Positions 49,398 to 61,423 of a stretch of DNA of 64,000 nucleotides are shown piece after piece (the stretch's first letter is position 1; each line of letters starts with the position of its first letter). The notes under the pieces were generated by a model. The model had not been told where the DNA came from. It saw only the letters and a list, made by a program, of their open reading frames with translations, and did no database searches. This DNA comes from Planctomicrobium piriforme (GTDB taxonomy: Bacteria > Planctomycetota > Planctomycetia > Pirellulales > UBA1268): contig CAMBPQ010000002.1 of the NCBI GenBank assembly GCA_945869735.1, forward strand, positions 23,276 to 87,275, in the 5' to 3' direction. The position numbers and the translations under genes were made by a program.

Positions 49398-50474
49398 ATG
49401 TCCGCCATCACGTCCTCCCTGCACCATCTCGGCCAGAGTCTCTGGCTCGACAACATCACACGAACGATGCTCGATGACGGCACGCTCGCCCGTTACATCC
49501 GTGACCTCTCCGTGACCGGCCTGACGAGCAACCCCACGATCTACAACCTCGCAGTTAAGAACAGCACCGCCTACGACGCCGCGATCGCTGCGAAGGTGAA
49601 GCAGGGGCTTGCTGGCGAGCACCTCTTCTTCGAACTCGCCATCGAAGACCTTGTGCGGGCCGCCGACCTCTTCCGGCCGGTGTATGACCGCAGCGGTGGA
49701 CTCGACGGCTGGGTGTCGCTGGAGGTGTCGCCGCGGCTGGCGTACGACACGGCGAGCACACTGGCCGCCGCCCGCGATCTGCACGCGCGGGCAGCGCGAC
49801 CGAACCTGTTCATCAAGATCCCGGGCACCAAGGAGGGCCTGCCTGCCATCGAGGAGGCGATCGCCGCGGGCGTACCGGTGAACGTGACCCTGCTGTTCAC
49901 CCACGACCACTATCTTGCCGCGGCCGAGGCCTACCTGCGGGGCATCGAGCGGCGGATCGACGCGGGCCTCGACCCGCGGGTCTGCTCAGTGGCATCGCTC
50001 TTCATCAGCCGCTGGGATGGGGCCACGGCAAAGAGACTGCCCGCCGGTCTCGCCAACACGCTGGGCGTCGCCATCGGCGGCCAGACCTACGCCACCTACC
50101 GCGCGCTTTTGGCCGCGGACCGCTGGCAGCGGCTGGCCAACTTCGGGGCGCTGCCGCAACGGCTCCTGATGGCAAGCACAGGCACCAAGGATCCTACCCT
50201 CTGCGACTGTCTCTACGTACGGGACCTAGCCGCCCCGCACACGATCAACACGATGCCCGAAGCGACGCTCCTGGCGTTCGCCGATCATGGCACGCTCGGC
50301 GGCGTGCTCTCGTCAGGGGGCGGCACGAGCGGCCGCACGCTCTTCGACGTGTCGAGGGCCGGCGTCGATCTCACGGCCCTCGGCCACGACCTCCAGACGC
50401 AGGGTGCGGCGTCCTTCGTGAAGAGCTGGGACGAGCTCCTGCAGGTGATCGACGCCAAGGTGCAAGCTGCGTAG
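49398..50474 (+). CDS. tal: Transaldolase
   Basis: LWLDNI, GLTSNPTI, VSLEVSP, NLFIKIP, VNVTLLF, ASTGTK; GAGG + ATG at 49398. Confidence 0.94.
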   Translation: MSAITSSLHHLGQSLWLDNITRTMLDDGTLARYIRDLSVTGLTSNPTIYNLAVKNSTAYDAAIAAKVKQGLAGEHLFFELAIEDLVRAADLFRPVYDRSGGLDGWVSLEVSPRLAYDTASTLAAARDLHARAARPNLFIKIPGTKEGLPAIEEAIAAGVPVNVTLLFTHDHYLAAAEAYLRGIERRIDAGLDPRVCSVASLFISRWDGATAKRLPAGLANTLGVAIGGQTYATYRALLAADRWQRLANFGALPQRLLMASTGTKDPTLCDCLYVRDLAAPHTINTMPEATLLAFADHGTLGGVLSSGGGTSGRTLFDVSRAGVDLTALGHDLQTQGAASFVKSWDELLQVIDAKVQAA

Positions 50475-50630
50475 AGCGCATTGTGGATAGATGTATCGAC
50501 GAGTTGGTGACTCGGGCGAGGGAGGCAAGGGGGTCGGCGAACGCCCGAGGAGCCTTGGGCGGATCCTCGCCCCGGCGACGAGACTTTTGCCGCCCTCGAG
50601 CCGGCGATCCACGCACGTCAAAGCGATCTC
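50472..50630 (-). mobile_element. Module A copy 7 (159 bp), right end coincides with the tal TAG stop
   Basis: Minus strand GAGATCGC...GCTCGAGGGCGGCAAAAGTCTCGTCGCCGGGGCG...AATGCGCTCTA. Confidence 0.8.
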
Positions 50631-50643
50631 GGGAGCGGTGCGG

Positions 50644-51585
50644 TCATTTGCCGCGCAGGGTCTGTGACGGCGTCTCGCCGAACTGCCGGCGGTAGAGGCC
50701 GGCAAAGCGACCCAGTTCACAGACCCCGTGGCGGGTGAGAACCCGGGCGACGGTGTCGCGGACGGGATCTCCGTCGCGGAGCGACCGGCGCACCGCGTAA
50801 AGGGCCTGCAGCCGGACGAACTGCCGCGGCGCGATGCCATATGTGTCATGAAACACCCGCGTCAGCGTGCGCGGATGGACGCCCGCGGCGGATGCGAGGT
50901 CGGCGATCGACCGATGGGCAGATGGATCGCCTTCGAGGACCGCGACGACACGCCGCACCACGTCCGTGCGGTCAACCCTGGGCCGACCTAGGAGGGCCTT
51001 ACCCGATTCCCGTGGGCCGACGCACGATATGGCGGCCCTCATCACGCGGTCCGCCACCTCCGTCTCTGCGACCGCTGACGCCTCGTCGAGCGTTGCTGCT
51101 CGCGTCACGTGCTCCACAAGTTGCTTGAGACGCCGGACATGCAGCGGATCCGCCCGCAGGACATGGCTCGTCGTGTCGCGAGCGACGAAAGAGTTTTCCG
51201 GCAGGGCGATCGAGCACCATGCGTGCGACCGCTTCTTGACTTGGATGCAGAACTCGCTGCCTGGCGGGATGACCAACAGGGATCGATCGTTGAGTACCTC
51301 TCCGTTGACGACATGCTGATGCGGATCGCCGAGCGGCATGTAGATGAGCGTACCGTTGTGCGTGTTGCCGCCGAAGCAGAGGTTGCCGCCCCCCTCAAAC
51401 GCCATCTGCAGCACCAAGGGCCCCACCTGCCGCACTGTCAGCTGCCAGACCGGCGTCTCGACACCATCGCACGCGAGCCGCAGATTGGCCCCCTGGACAG
51501 CTTCACCCCAGGCATCGAAATCGTCGAACGTTTTCTGCATATGGATAGATTTCCGCGTCCCGCAGCCCCCGCGGCAATGGGCCAT
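50644..51585 (-). CDS. AraC family transcriptional regulator
   Basis: C-terminal double HTH (IADLASAAGVHPRTLTRVF; HGVCELGRFAGLYRRQFGETPSQTL); divergent from the sulfatase. Confidence 0.9.
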   Translation of the reverse strand: MAHCRGGCGTRKSIHMQKTFDDFDAWGEAVQGANLRLACDGVETPVWQLTVRQVGPLVLQMAFEGGGNLCFGGNTHNGTLIYMPLGDPHQHVVNGEVLNDRSLLVIPPGSEFCIQVKKRSHAWCSIALPENSFVARDTTSHVLRADPLHVRRLKQLVEHVTRAATLDEASAVAETEVADRVMRAAISCVGPRESGKALLGRPRVDRTDVVRRVVAVLEGDPSAHRSIADLASAAGVHPRTLTRVFHDTYGIAPRQFVRLQALYAVRRSLRDGDPVRDTVARVLTRHGVCELGRFAGLYRRQFGETPSQTLRGK

Positions 51586-51726
51586 CTTTTTGGCCGAATG
51601 TGCATTGCTGAAAAAACGCCGACCACCTGGAATGCAGGATTCTAATTACGATTGAGTTGGGTTATTTTCAAGAGGCGGGTTCGTTCGGCCGTCTCACGAT
51701 CTCGGTGCCACCCTTTGGAGTTCATG

Positions 51727-53273
<1,547 letters not shown>

Positions 53274-53276
<3 letters not shown>

Positions 53277-53507
53277 AGCACCGGTGCACCGTGGGACTCC
53301 GGGTCGCAGCTGAAACGGTGCCGGATTGGTTCGCCGGGGGTGGCATGCTCGGCTCCTCACGATCGGGAGGTTTCAGCATCTGGAGGATGCTGCCCGGCAG
53401 CCAAGTGACACCTCGGCTGTCGCTTCGGCTGCCTCAGCCGGCAACGGCCACGAGGGCGTTGCAGGCGTGAAGTCAGCATCCCGGCTTCTGCGCGTGCCAC
53501 CCCCGGG
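53274..53507 (+). mobile_element. Rearranged module B copy with an A-type left end at the sulfatase TAG stop
   Basis: TAGAGCA, 9 nt, CGTGG; GTGCCGGATTGGTTCGCCGGGGGTGGCATGC; CCCGGCTTCTGCGCGTGCCACCCCCGG. Confidence 0.7.
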
Positions 53508-54230
53508 TCAGCCCTCGCCCAGATAGGCGTCGCGGACGCGGCGGTCGGCAGCGAGCTCGGTGCCTGTGCCCGAGAGCGTGATCCGTCCCGTCTCGAGCAC
53601 GTAGCCGCGGGCCGCGAGTTTGAGAGCGGCGCGGGCGTTCTGTTCCACGAGCATCACGGCGATGCCTCGCTCCGTGAGCGACGCGATCACCTCGAAGACC
53701 TTCGCGACGATCAAAGGTGCCAGGCCGAGTGACGGCTCGTCGAGCAGGAGCAGCCTCGGCCGTCCGACGAGGGCCCGGCTAATGGCCAGCATCTGCTGCT
53801 CCCCGCCTGAGAGCGTGCCACCGGGTTGCTCCAGCCGCTCGCCCAGCACCGGAAACAGCCCGCAGGCCTCATCGATGTCGGTGCGGAGCCGGCCGCGGTC
53901 GGTCTGCGTGAACCCGCCCAACTCAAGGTTTTCCCGAACGGTGAGCCGGGGAAAGATCCGGCGGCCCTCCGGCGCATGGCCGATTCCCAGCCGCATGATC
54001 TGATCCGGTTTGAGGCCGCCGAGCGGGCCGCCAGCAAACCGAATGCTCCCAGCGCGGGTCGGGACCACGCCTGAGATGGCCATCAGGAGCGTCGTCTTGC
54101 CGGCGCCGTTAGCGCCAATGAGCGCCACCAACTCGCCATCGTCGACGTCGAGCGACACCCGGTCAACGGCCCGGATGGGGCCGTATCCCGCCTCGAGATC
54201 ACGGATTTCCAACAGCGGCATCGTGGTCAC
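53508..54230 (-). CDS. livF: LIV-family ABC transporter ATP-binding subunit
   Basis: GANGAGKTT, PEGRRIF, LSGGEQQML, LDEPSLGLAP. Confidence 0.93.
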   Translation of the reverse strand: MTTMPLLEIRDLEAGYGPIRAVDRVSLDVDDGELVALIGANGAGKTTLLMAISGVVPTRAGSIRFAGGPLGGLKPDQIMRLGIGHAPEGRRIFPRLTVRENLELGGFTQTDRGRLRTDIDEACGLFPVLGERLEQPGGTLSGGEQQMLAISRALVGRPRLLLLDEPSLGLAPLIVAKVFEVIASLTERGIAVMLVEQNARAALKLAARGYVLETGRITLSGTGTELAADRRVRDAYLGEG

Positions 54231-55576
54231 GCCTCCCCGCCCAGATAGGCCTCGATCACCTTCTCGTCGCGGCGGACCTCCGCGGGCGTACCCTCGGCGA
54301 TCTTCACGCCGTGATCCAGCACGGCTACCTTGTCGCTGACCCGCATCACGACATTCATGTGGTGCTCGATCAGGAGCACGGTCACGCCCCTGGCCCGGAT
54401 TCGCTCCACGAGGGAGGCTAGGTCGGTCGTCTCCGCAGGATTCATCCCGGCGGCGGGCTCGTCGAGGAGCAGGAGCAAGGCGCCCGTGGCGAGCGCCCGG
54501 GCGATCTCCAGCCGCCGCTGATCACCATACGGGAGCTGGCCCGCGATGCGGTTGGCCTCACCTGCGAGCCCCACAAACGCGAGTTCCTCCAGCGCCCTCC
54601 CCTGGGCCACGGACTCGGCCCGCCGGTTGGCCGGCGTGCGGAAGAGCATGGCCGCCACACCTCCGGGGATCGTCCGATCGAGGCCGATGAGCACGTTTTC
54701 GAGCACCGTCATGTTGGAGAACAGCCGGATGTTTTGGAATGTCCGCGCAATCCCCGCCTGGGCGACCACGTGGGTCGAGCGACGGCCGCGATTCCAGACC
54801 GTGAGGGTGCCGGCCGTGCCGAGCAGCAAGCCAAACAGCAGGCCGGCGATGCCCCGCCAACGGATCCTTGCTTTGCCGGCGGCGAGGCGGTCGAGCACCT
54901 CCTCCTTGATCGCGAGCTTCTCGGGGGTCGACGTGGTCCCGGTCCGCTCGGAATCGGTCGCATCGGGAATCGTCCCGGGTCCGACGCGTCGGGCAGTGAC
55001 GGCAGCCTGCAACTCGTTGCGGACGGCTTGTGCCTCGTCGAGCTGACGCTTGATGGCGAGCACGTCCGTGCCGTCAGCGCTGACCACCCGCCACTTACCC
55101 GCCATCTGGTCGATCGCGAGTTCGGCACGGAAATAGCCTCGCAGACGGTCGGCCGCACCCCCGACCGTGAACGGCTCGCCCGTGATCATTCCCCGTTTTA
55201 CGACCGCCATCCACAGCCGATCGACGTCGACGGCCGCCGCTGCGAAGAGCAGCCCGGTGAGCACCCCAAGGCCAAGCGCTGACCAGAAGACCCCTGGCGT
55301 GAACGCCCGCTCCAGCCGTCGACCACGAAATCGCACTGTGCCGCCTGTCGGCTCGTAGATGCCGCTGATGCAGTTGAAGGCCGTCGTCTTGCCAGCACCG
55401 TTGGGGCCAATGACCGACACAACGCCGCCCACCGGCACCTCGAGATGTAGCTCAGAGACCGCCACTAGTCCGCCGAACCTGATGGTGAGGCGGTCGACGT
55501 CCAGCAGCATCGCCGCACCGATCGGCGGCGCCGCGCGCAAGGCGGAGGTCGGGCTGCCAGAGCCGTCGCGACTCAT
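54227..55576 (-). CDS. livG: LIV-family ABC ATP-binding subunit with a large TM-containing insertion
   Basis: GPNGAGKTT, ARTFQNIRLF, LPYGDQRRLEIARAL, DEPAAG, IEHHM. Confidence 0.9.
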   Translation of the reverse strand: MSRDGSGSPTSALRAAPPIGAAMLLDVDRLTIRFGGLVAVSELHLEVPVGGVVSVIGPNGAGKTTAFNCISGIYEPTGGTVRFRGRRLERAFTPGVFWSALGLGVLTGLLFAAAAVDVDRLWMAVVKRGMITGEPFTVGGAADRLRGYFRAELAIDQMAGKWRVVSADGTDVLAIKRQLDEAQAVRNELQAAVTARRVGPGTIPDATDSERTGTTSTPEKLAIKEEVLDRLAAGKARIRWRGIAGLLFGLLLGTAGTLTVWNRGRRSTHVVAQAGIARTFQNIRLFSNMTVLENVLIGLDRTIPGGVAAMLFRTPANRRAESVAQGRALEELAFVGLAGEANRIAGQLPYGDQRRLEIARALATGALLLLLDEPAAGMNPAETTDLASLVERIRARGVTVLLIEHHMNVVMRVSDKVAVLDHGVKIAEGTPAEVRRDEKVIEAYLGGEA

Positions 55577-56688
55577 GGATGCTCCTTGTGGAGTTCGGCG
55601 GCCATCCGCCGCGAGGGAACCAGGCCCTCTGGCCGATACCGCATCACGAGCACGAGCGCCAGGCCGAAGATCGCCAGCCGCCAGCCGCTAAACGAGAGCA
55701 GACTCGAGCCCGAGGGGTTGATGTTCCACTGCTGGATCGCCGCGTCAGCCCATGGCGCCAGCACCGTGTCGAAGCCGACGAGGAGGGCCACGCCGAGGAG
55801 GGTGCCGGGAATGCTGCCGAGGCCGCCGAGGATCACCGCGCAGAGCACCATGATCGAGCGGTTGAAGTCATAGGCATTGGGATCGGCTGTGGTCGACAGG
55901 CTGGCCGCGTAGAGGCAGCCCGCCAGACCGGCGACGGCCGACGACATCGCGAAGGCGGAGAGCTTCACGCGGGTCGCGGAGATACCCATCGCCGAGGCTG
56001 CGAGTTCGTCCTCCCGGACGGCCACCCACGCCCGGCCCAGCCGCGACTGCTCGAGCCGCCGCATCGCCACCACCACCACAGCGAGTGCCGCGAGGGCGAG
56101 GTAGTAAAACCACCGGGGATCGATCGCGAACGCAAGGCCGAGGTCGGTGCCACCGATTACCACGCCCTTCCCCGGCGGTGGCACGGGATTGAGGCCCTTC
56201 ATGCCTCCCGTGATCTGTTCCAGATTCCGGAGCGTCACCTTCACGACCTCGCCAAATCCGAGCGTGACGATCGCGAGGTAATCACCTCGCAGCCGTAGCG
56301 TCGGCGCACCGAGCGCCAGCCCGATCGCGGCTGTCGCCAGTACGCTCACTGCGGCGGCCGTGACGAACCGCATCTGGAACGGATACATCGGCACCGTCAG
56401 GATCGCAAACACATAGGCCCCGATGCCGAAGAAGGCGGCGATCCCCAGGTGGACGAGGCCCGTGTAGCCGACCATCACGTTGAGGCCGAGTGCGAGAATG
56501 CAGTAGATGAAGAGGGTCGTCACCTGACCACCGAGGGCTCCACCAAGCGCCGGCACCACCAGCGGGGCGACCGCACACACGACCAGCGCCACCAGTTCCC
56601 ACCGTTCGCGGACGAACGCTACGAGCCGCTCGCGAAGCGGCACCGCCCCGGTCACGTCGTGCATTCCGCTGGGGCGATCGTTCAGCAT
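55573..56688 (-). CDS. livM: LIV-family ABC permease
   Basis: LGLNVMVGYTG, LRLRGDYLAIVTLGFGE, VREDE.AA; ATG 56688 overlaps the livH stop. Confidence 0.92.
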   Translation of the reverse strand: MLNDRPSGMHDVTGAVPLRERLVAFVRERWELVALVVCAVAPLVVPALGGALGGQVTTLFIYCILALGLNVMVGYTGLVHLGIAAFFGIGAYVFAILTVPMYPFQMRFVTAAAVSVLATAAIGLALGAPTLRLRGDYLAIVTLGFGEVVKVTLRNLEQITGGMKGLNPVPPPGKGVVIGGTDLGLAFAIDPRWFYYLALAALAVVVVAMRRLEQSRLGRAWVAVREDELAASAMGISATRVKLSAFAMSSAVAGLAGCLYAASLSTTADPNAYDFNRSIMVLCAVILGGLGSIPGTLLGVALLVGFDTVLAPWADAAIQQWNINPSGSSLLSFSGWRLAIFGLALVLVMRYRPEGLVPSRRMAAELHKEHP

Positions 56689-57599
56689 CACACTTTCTCC
56701 TTCGTGCCCCGGCCCAACAGGCCCTCGGGGCGGAACACGAGGATCACGATCAGGATCACGAACACGATCGCACCAGTCCATCGCTCTCCGACGTAGGCAC
56801 TCGATAGCGACCTCACCAGACCGATCACCAGACCGCCCACGACGGCCCCGGGGATACTGCCGATCCCGCCCAGCACCGCAGCTGTAAACGCATAGAGCCC
56901 GTTTTGAAAGCCCATCTGAAAACTGATCGTATTGATGTAGAGACCGTAGATCACGCTCGCCGCGCCGCCCAAAAAGCCTCCCACGAAAAACGTAAACGCG
57001 ATCACCCGGTCGACGTCGATGCCGACGAGCGCTGCCGCGGTGGGGTCCTGCGAGACGGCTCGCATCGCCTTACCGAGCCGCGTCGACTTCACCAGCAGCG
57101 ACAGCGCGACCATCAGCGGAATCACCACCACCAGCACGAGTAGGTCCTTGGCGGTGAACTGCAGCCCATCGCCAGCGAGGAGGTTCGCGGCCGGCAGGAG
57201 CTCCGGAAAGGAGCGGTCCGCGGGTCCGAGCCAGAAGAGCCCGATGTTCATAAAGATGAAGGAGACGCCGATCGCCGACACGAGCGGCGCCAACTTCGGG
57301 GCGTTGCGGAGCGGACGGTAGACGATCCGATCAACCGCCACATTGAGCCCGCCGCAGAATAGACCACAGAGCAGCACCAACAGCACCACGCCACACCAGG
57401 TCGTCACCATGCCGCCTCCGGCGAGTCCGAAGGCCGACACCAACGTCAGCGCCAGGCAGGCGCCCAGCATGATCAGGTCGCCGTGTGCGAAATTGATCAG
57501 ACGGATGATGCCGTAGACCATCGTGTAGCCGAGCGCCACCAGCGCCACGAGGGCGCCGTTGGTGATTCCGATCAAGCATTGCTGGAGAAAGAACTGCAT
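56688..57599 (-). CDS. livH: LIV-family ABC permease
   Basis: LGYTMVYGII.LINFAHG, AVLGGIGS, FRPEGLLG. Confidence 0.93.
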   Translation of the reverse strand: MQFFLQQCLIGITNGALVALVALGYTMVYGIIRLINFAHGDLIMLGACLALTLVSAFGLAGGGMVTTWCGVVLLVLLCGLFCGGLNVAVDRIVYRPLRNAPKLAPLVSAIGVSFIFMNIGLFWLGPADRSFPELLPAANLLAGDGLQFTAKDLLVLVVVIPLMVALSLLVKSTRLGKAMRAVSQDPTAAALVGIDVDRVIAFTFFVGGFLGGAASVIYGLYINTISFQMGFQNGLYAFTAAVLGGIGSIPGAVVGGLVIGLVRSLSSAYVGERWTGAIVFVILIVILVFRPEGLLGRGTKEKV

Positions 57600-57608
57600 G
57601 GGTGCGCC

Positions 57609-58829
57609 TCAGGGCGCGACGACCTCGTCACCGGCGTCGAGGATCTCCTCGAACCTGAACGCCCCGTCTTTCACGCCGCTCACCGTCAGCGTCCGCATCG
57701 ACGTGTCACCGTTAGAGTCAAAACCCCAGCGGCCCAGCGCCCCGTCGAAGTCGCGGATCGCGAGGGCCTTGTCGGTGATCGCCCGGCGGTCCTTCGTGCC
57801 GGCCTCCCGAATCGCCCGCAGGGCCACGCAGGCAGCCTCGTAGCCGTAGACGGCGTAGGCCTCCGGCAGTTCGCCGTATTTCCTCCGGTAGCGCTCCACG
57901 AACTCACTCCCCTTTCCTGTCAACTTCTCGGGGGGTAGGCCGCCGAAGGTGACGAAGCATCGCCCCTCGAGGTTGGCGGCGCCGGCCGAGTCAATGAAGA
58001 CCTGCTCCCGGCAGCCGTCGGGCACCATAAACAGGGCCGTGATCCCGGCGCTGACCATGTCCTTGGCGAGCTGTCCGCCCTTGCTCTGCGTCGTGCCGCC
58101 GAAGTAGACGAGATCGGGGTTAGCCGCCTTGATGCTCGCCATCAGCGACTTGAACTCTTGGGCCTTGGCGTCAATCGAATCGTGGCCGAGCACTTCGATA
58201 CCGATCTCACGGCAGCGCTCGTCGAAGAGGTCGGCGATCCCCTTGCCGTAGACCTCGTTGTCGTCGAGGATGGACACTCGCTTGATCCCGCGATTCTTCG
58301 CCCAATCAGCCGAAAGCGGCCCCTGCAGGTCGTCGGCCGGCACCACCCGCACGTAGTTGAGGCGGCCCGTCGGACGATAGACGCCCGGCTCTCCCGGCGC
58401 TCCGAGGCCCGGCTTCGTGAGGCCTACGGCCGTGTTGGCCGGTGACACCATCAGCAGGTCGCCAAGGTTCAGAATCGGCATCGATACCTTGGCCGCACCC
58501 GAGTTGAAGGTGCCGATGTAGGCCACGACGTCGGGGTCCTGAAGCGCCCGCCGAGCATTGGCCGCTTCCGCCTCGCTCGTCCATTGCCCCGCCGCAGCCG
58601 TGGAATCGTCGAGGTCGAGATACTCGAGTCGAAACGGCCCCACCCTGCCCTCGGCCTCCTCGATGGCCATGCGGATGCCACGAACGAGGGTATCTGACTG
58701 CTGCTTGGCGCTGCCGGTTCGGGGCAGGCTCGACACGATCTTCACAAGCGTCGGGTCGGCTGGACGGCAGCCGACCGCGCCCAGCAGGCAGGCCGCCAGC
58801 GCCCACGACGTATATTTCCATCCAACCAT
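57609..58829 (-). CDS. LIV-family substrate-binding lipoprotein
   Basis: Lipobox LLGAVGC; IGTFNSG, YGKGIAD, YGYEAA; substrate not determinable. Confidence 0.88.
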   Translation of the reverse strand: MVGWKYTSWALAACLLGAVGCRPADPTLVKIVSSLPRTGSAKQQSDTLVRGIRMAIEEAEGRVGPFRLEYLDLDDSTAAAGQWTSEAEAANARRALQDPDVVAYIGTFNSGAAKVSMPILNLGDLLMVSPANTAVGLTKPGLGAPGEPGVYRPTGRLNYVRVVPADDLQGPLSADWAKNRGIKRVSILDDNEVYGKGIADLFDERCREIGIEVLGHDSIDAKAQEFKSLMASIKAANPDLVYFGGTTQSKGGQLAKDMVSAGITALFMVPDGCREQVFIDSAGAANLEGRCFVTFGGLPPEKLTGKGSEFVERYRRKYGELPEAYAVYGYEAACVALRAIREAGTKDRRAITDKALAIRDFDGALGRWGFDSNGDTSMRTLTVSGVKDGAFRFEEILDAGDEVVAP

Positions 58830-58862
58830 GGGCTTGAATGTAGGGGTCGAGGCAAAACCGCG

Positions 58863-61250
58863 TCAAACCGGCGGCTTCGCCACCATCCGCCACGCACGGT
58901 GGATCCGCTCGTTGCGAAAATCCTCCGGGATCGTCCGGTTGGTGATCTCGCGGATCGCGTACAGCGACGCGAGCCGCTCGCTGGCGAAATGGAAGCGACG
59001 GAAGTTCGTCGAAAAAAAGACCACGCCCCCGGGCACGAGGTTTTCCGCGACCAATTCCAGGAGTTCCGCATGGTCACGCTCGATGTCCCACGGCGTCTCG
59101 CTCTTCGCCGACCGGGAAAACGTCGGCGGGTCGACGACAACTAGCTCGAATAGCGGCTCGCCGCGGCGAGCACGATGCTCGAGAAACGCACGGGCTTCGT
59201 CTCGCACGACCCGATGCCGGCCTGCGTCCTTGAATCCATTCCTCGAGAGGTTTGTCTGCGTCCAGTCGAGATAGGTGTTTGATAGGTCGACGCTTGTCGT
59301 CTCGATCGCGCCACCGGCGGCGGCATACACGGAAAAACTGCCCGTGTAGCAGAAGAGGTTGAGAAATCGCTTCCCCACTGCTTCGTCGCGGACCAGCGCC
59401 CGCGTCTGCCGGTGGTCGAGAAACAGCCCCGTGTCGAGATAGTCGGAGAGGTTGACCTCGAACTCGAGCCCCCCCTCCTTCACCGTGAGCACCGCCCGGC
59501 GGGCGTCGACCTTCTCGTACTGATCGCCCCCCCGCTGCCGCCTCCGCACTTTCAGGAACGTCTGGTTCGGTGGCACTCCCAGTTCCGCCGCGGCCGCCTC
59601 GAGCATCCTGTCGAGCCAGACCTCATGCTCAATCTCGGTCCGCTCGTGCGGTCGGTCATACTCGGCGGCGTGGAGCCAGCCCGAGTACCAGTCGATCACC
59701 AGCGGGATTTCGGGGATGTCGCGATCGTAGATCCGGAAAGCCTCGATGCCCTGACGGCGGGCCCACTTGGAGAGATGCTTGAACCGTTTGGCGAGCCGGC
59801 GGCGGAAGTCACCGATCTGGTCGACGGTTGTGCGGGCCCGCGGCCAGCCGGCGGCGGCGTCAACGGGCGGCTCGTCAGGGTGAACTCCCCGAGGCTCGTC
59901 GAACGTTGACCGATCCCGCCTCGCCCCGTGGTCCTCGGACGATGCATCGCTGGGCGATTCGTCTTGATGGCCAGCGGTGATGTCGGGCGCAGGAGGGGCG
60001 GACTGGCGGGAATGGATCTCCACCTCGATCAGCCGGCAGGCAATCGGGCCGTTCATCAGGGCGACGCGGTGCGTGGGGCGAAGGCCGAGGTGGCCGGCCG
60101 CGGGGGTGTCGGCGGCGAGGATCGCGGCCCGCCAGCCCCCACCGTGGGCCACGAGCCAGTCGCCGAGGCGACGAAACAAGGCTCCAGCGCGAGGCAGCGG
60201 GAGCCGCTCGCCATACGGCGGATTCGTGACTATCAGTCCGGCGGGGGAGGCTGGCTGCGCCTGCTCGAAGTGACCGTGCTCAATCCTGATGAACTCCGCC
60301 ACGCCGGCCGCCGCGGCGCAGGCCCGCGCTGCCTCGACAGCCCGCGGGTCGAGATCGCTCATCGTGAAGGATCCGCGCGGTGCATGGACCCGGGCCTCGG
60401 CTTCCACCACAAGGCGGTCGGCGAGGGCCTTGTCGCAGTCGCGAAATCGGAAGAAGCCATGCCCCTTGCGTCGCGCCCGCCAGAGGCCCGACGGCATTCC
60501 CGCGGCGATCGTCGCCGCTTCGATCACCAGCGTGCCCGAGCCGCACATCGGATCGAGAATCGGTTCCAGTTCCGCTCCGTCACCGCCCGTGGCCGCCCCC
60601 GGCTGCCACCAGCCCGCGATCGCGAGGATGCCCGCGGCAAGCACCTCCGAGAGTGGTGCCTCGACCTCACCCATCCGCCAGCCCCGCTGATGCAGCGATC
60701 GGCCGGCCGCATCCCGGAAGATCGTGGCCACGTCGCCCACCAGGTGGAGCGCAAGGCGGAGCGTCGCCCCGCGGAGCTGCACGCTTGGCCGCCTGCCGCT
60801 GGGAGTTCGCAACTGATCGACGACCGCGTCCTTGACGATCTGCGCCGCATAAAGCGAGTGCGTCAGGAACGTGTCGTGAATCGCGGTGTCGACGCGGAGC
60901 GTCTCGGAGACTTTGAGTTGCTCGGTCCAGTCGATCTCCTGCATCGCCCGGTAAAGGCTCTCGGGCGAGTCCACGCGAAACCGTCCCAGCGGCTCGAGGA
61001 CCCGGATCGCCGTACGGCACTCGAGCACTGCGCGATAGAGCGTCTCGCGTTCACGGCCCGGCTCCGCCGTGAACTCGATGGTCCGCCGGCCGACCCGGAA
61101 ATCTCGGGCACCGACAGCCTCGAGTTCCCTCACCAGCACCCACTCGAGCCCCTCGAGCGTCCGTGCCGTGAGCCGCGGCGGCTCGTCGATGGACGGCGCG
61201 GGCAGTGGCCGGGGAGCGGCAGGAACGAGGGGAAAACGAGGTTCGCTCAT
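58863..61250 (-). CDS. rlmKL: Bifunctional 23S rRNA methyltransferase RlmKL
   Basis: THUMP region, DPMCGSGT, TNPPYGER, DTGLFLDHR, LNLFCYTG, VDPPTFS; ATG at 61250. Confidence 0.93.
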   Translation of the reverse strand: MSEPRFPLVPAAPRPLPAPSIDEPPRLTARTLEGLEWVLVRELEAVGARDFRVGRRTIEFTAEPGRERETLYRAVLECRTAIRVLEPLGRFRVDSPESLYRAMQEIDWTEQLKVSETLRVDTAIHDTFLTHSLYAAQIVKDAVVDQLRTPSGRRPSVQLRGATLRLALHLVGDVATIFRDAAGRSLHQRGWRMGEVEAPLSEVLAAGILAIAGWWQPGAATGGDGAELEPILDPMCGSGTLVIEAATIAAGMPSGLWRARRKGHGFFRFRDCDKALADRLVVEAEARVHAPRGSFTMSDLDPRAVEAARACAAAAGVAEFIRIEHGHFEQAQPASPAGLIVTNPPYGERLPLPRAGALFRRLGDWLVAHGGGWRAAILAADTPAAGHLGLRPTHRVALMNGPIACRLIEVEIHSRQSAPPAPDITAGHQDESPSDASSEDHGARRDRSTFDEPRGVHPDEPPVDAAAGWPRARTTVDQIGDFRRRLAKRFKHLSKWARRQGIEAFRIYDRDIPEIPLVIDWYSGWLHAAEYDRPHERTEIEHEVWLDRMLEAAAAELGVPPNQTFLKVRRRQRGGDQYEKVDARRAVLTVKEGGLEFEVNLSDYLDTGLFLDHRQTRALVRDEAVGKRFLNLFCYTGSFSVYAAAGGAIETTSVDLSNTYLDWTQTNLSRNGFKDAGRHRVVRDEARAFLEHRARRGEPLFELVVVDPPTFSRSAKSETPWDIERDHAELLELVAENLVPGGVVFFSTNFRRFHFASERLASLYAIREITNRTIPEDFRNERIHRAWRMVAKPPV

Positions 61251-61423
61251 GGTTTCAAACGACTCTACCCGCGGCAGACCGCAACAGCCATGACACCGCC
61301 TGCCTCCGCACCATTCCGCTTGCCTTCCACGTCGCCGGGACGGTAAGACCCACGGCATCGCGACATCACGACACCGTGACCGCGCGGCGGTGCGGAACGT
61401 ACCCCGACGAATGCGATCAGACC

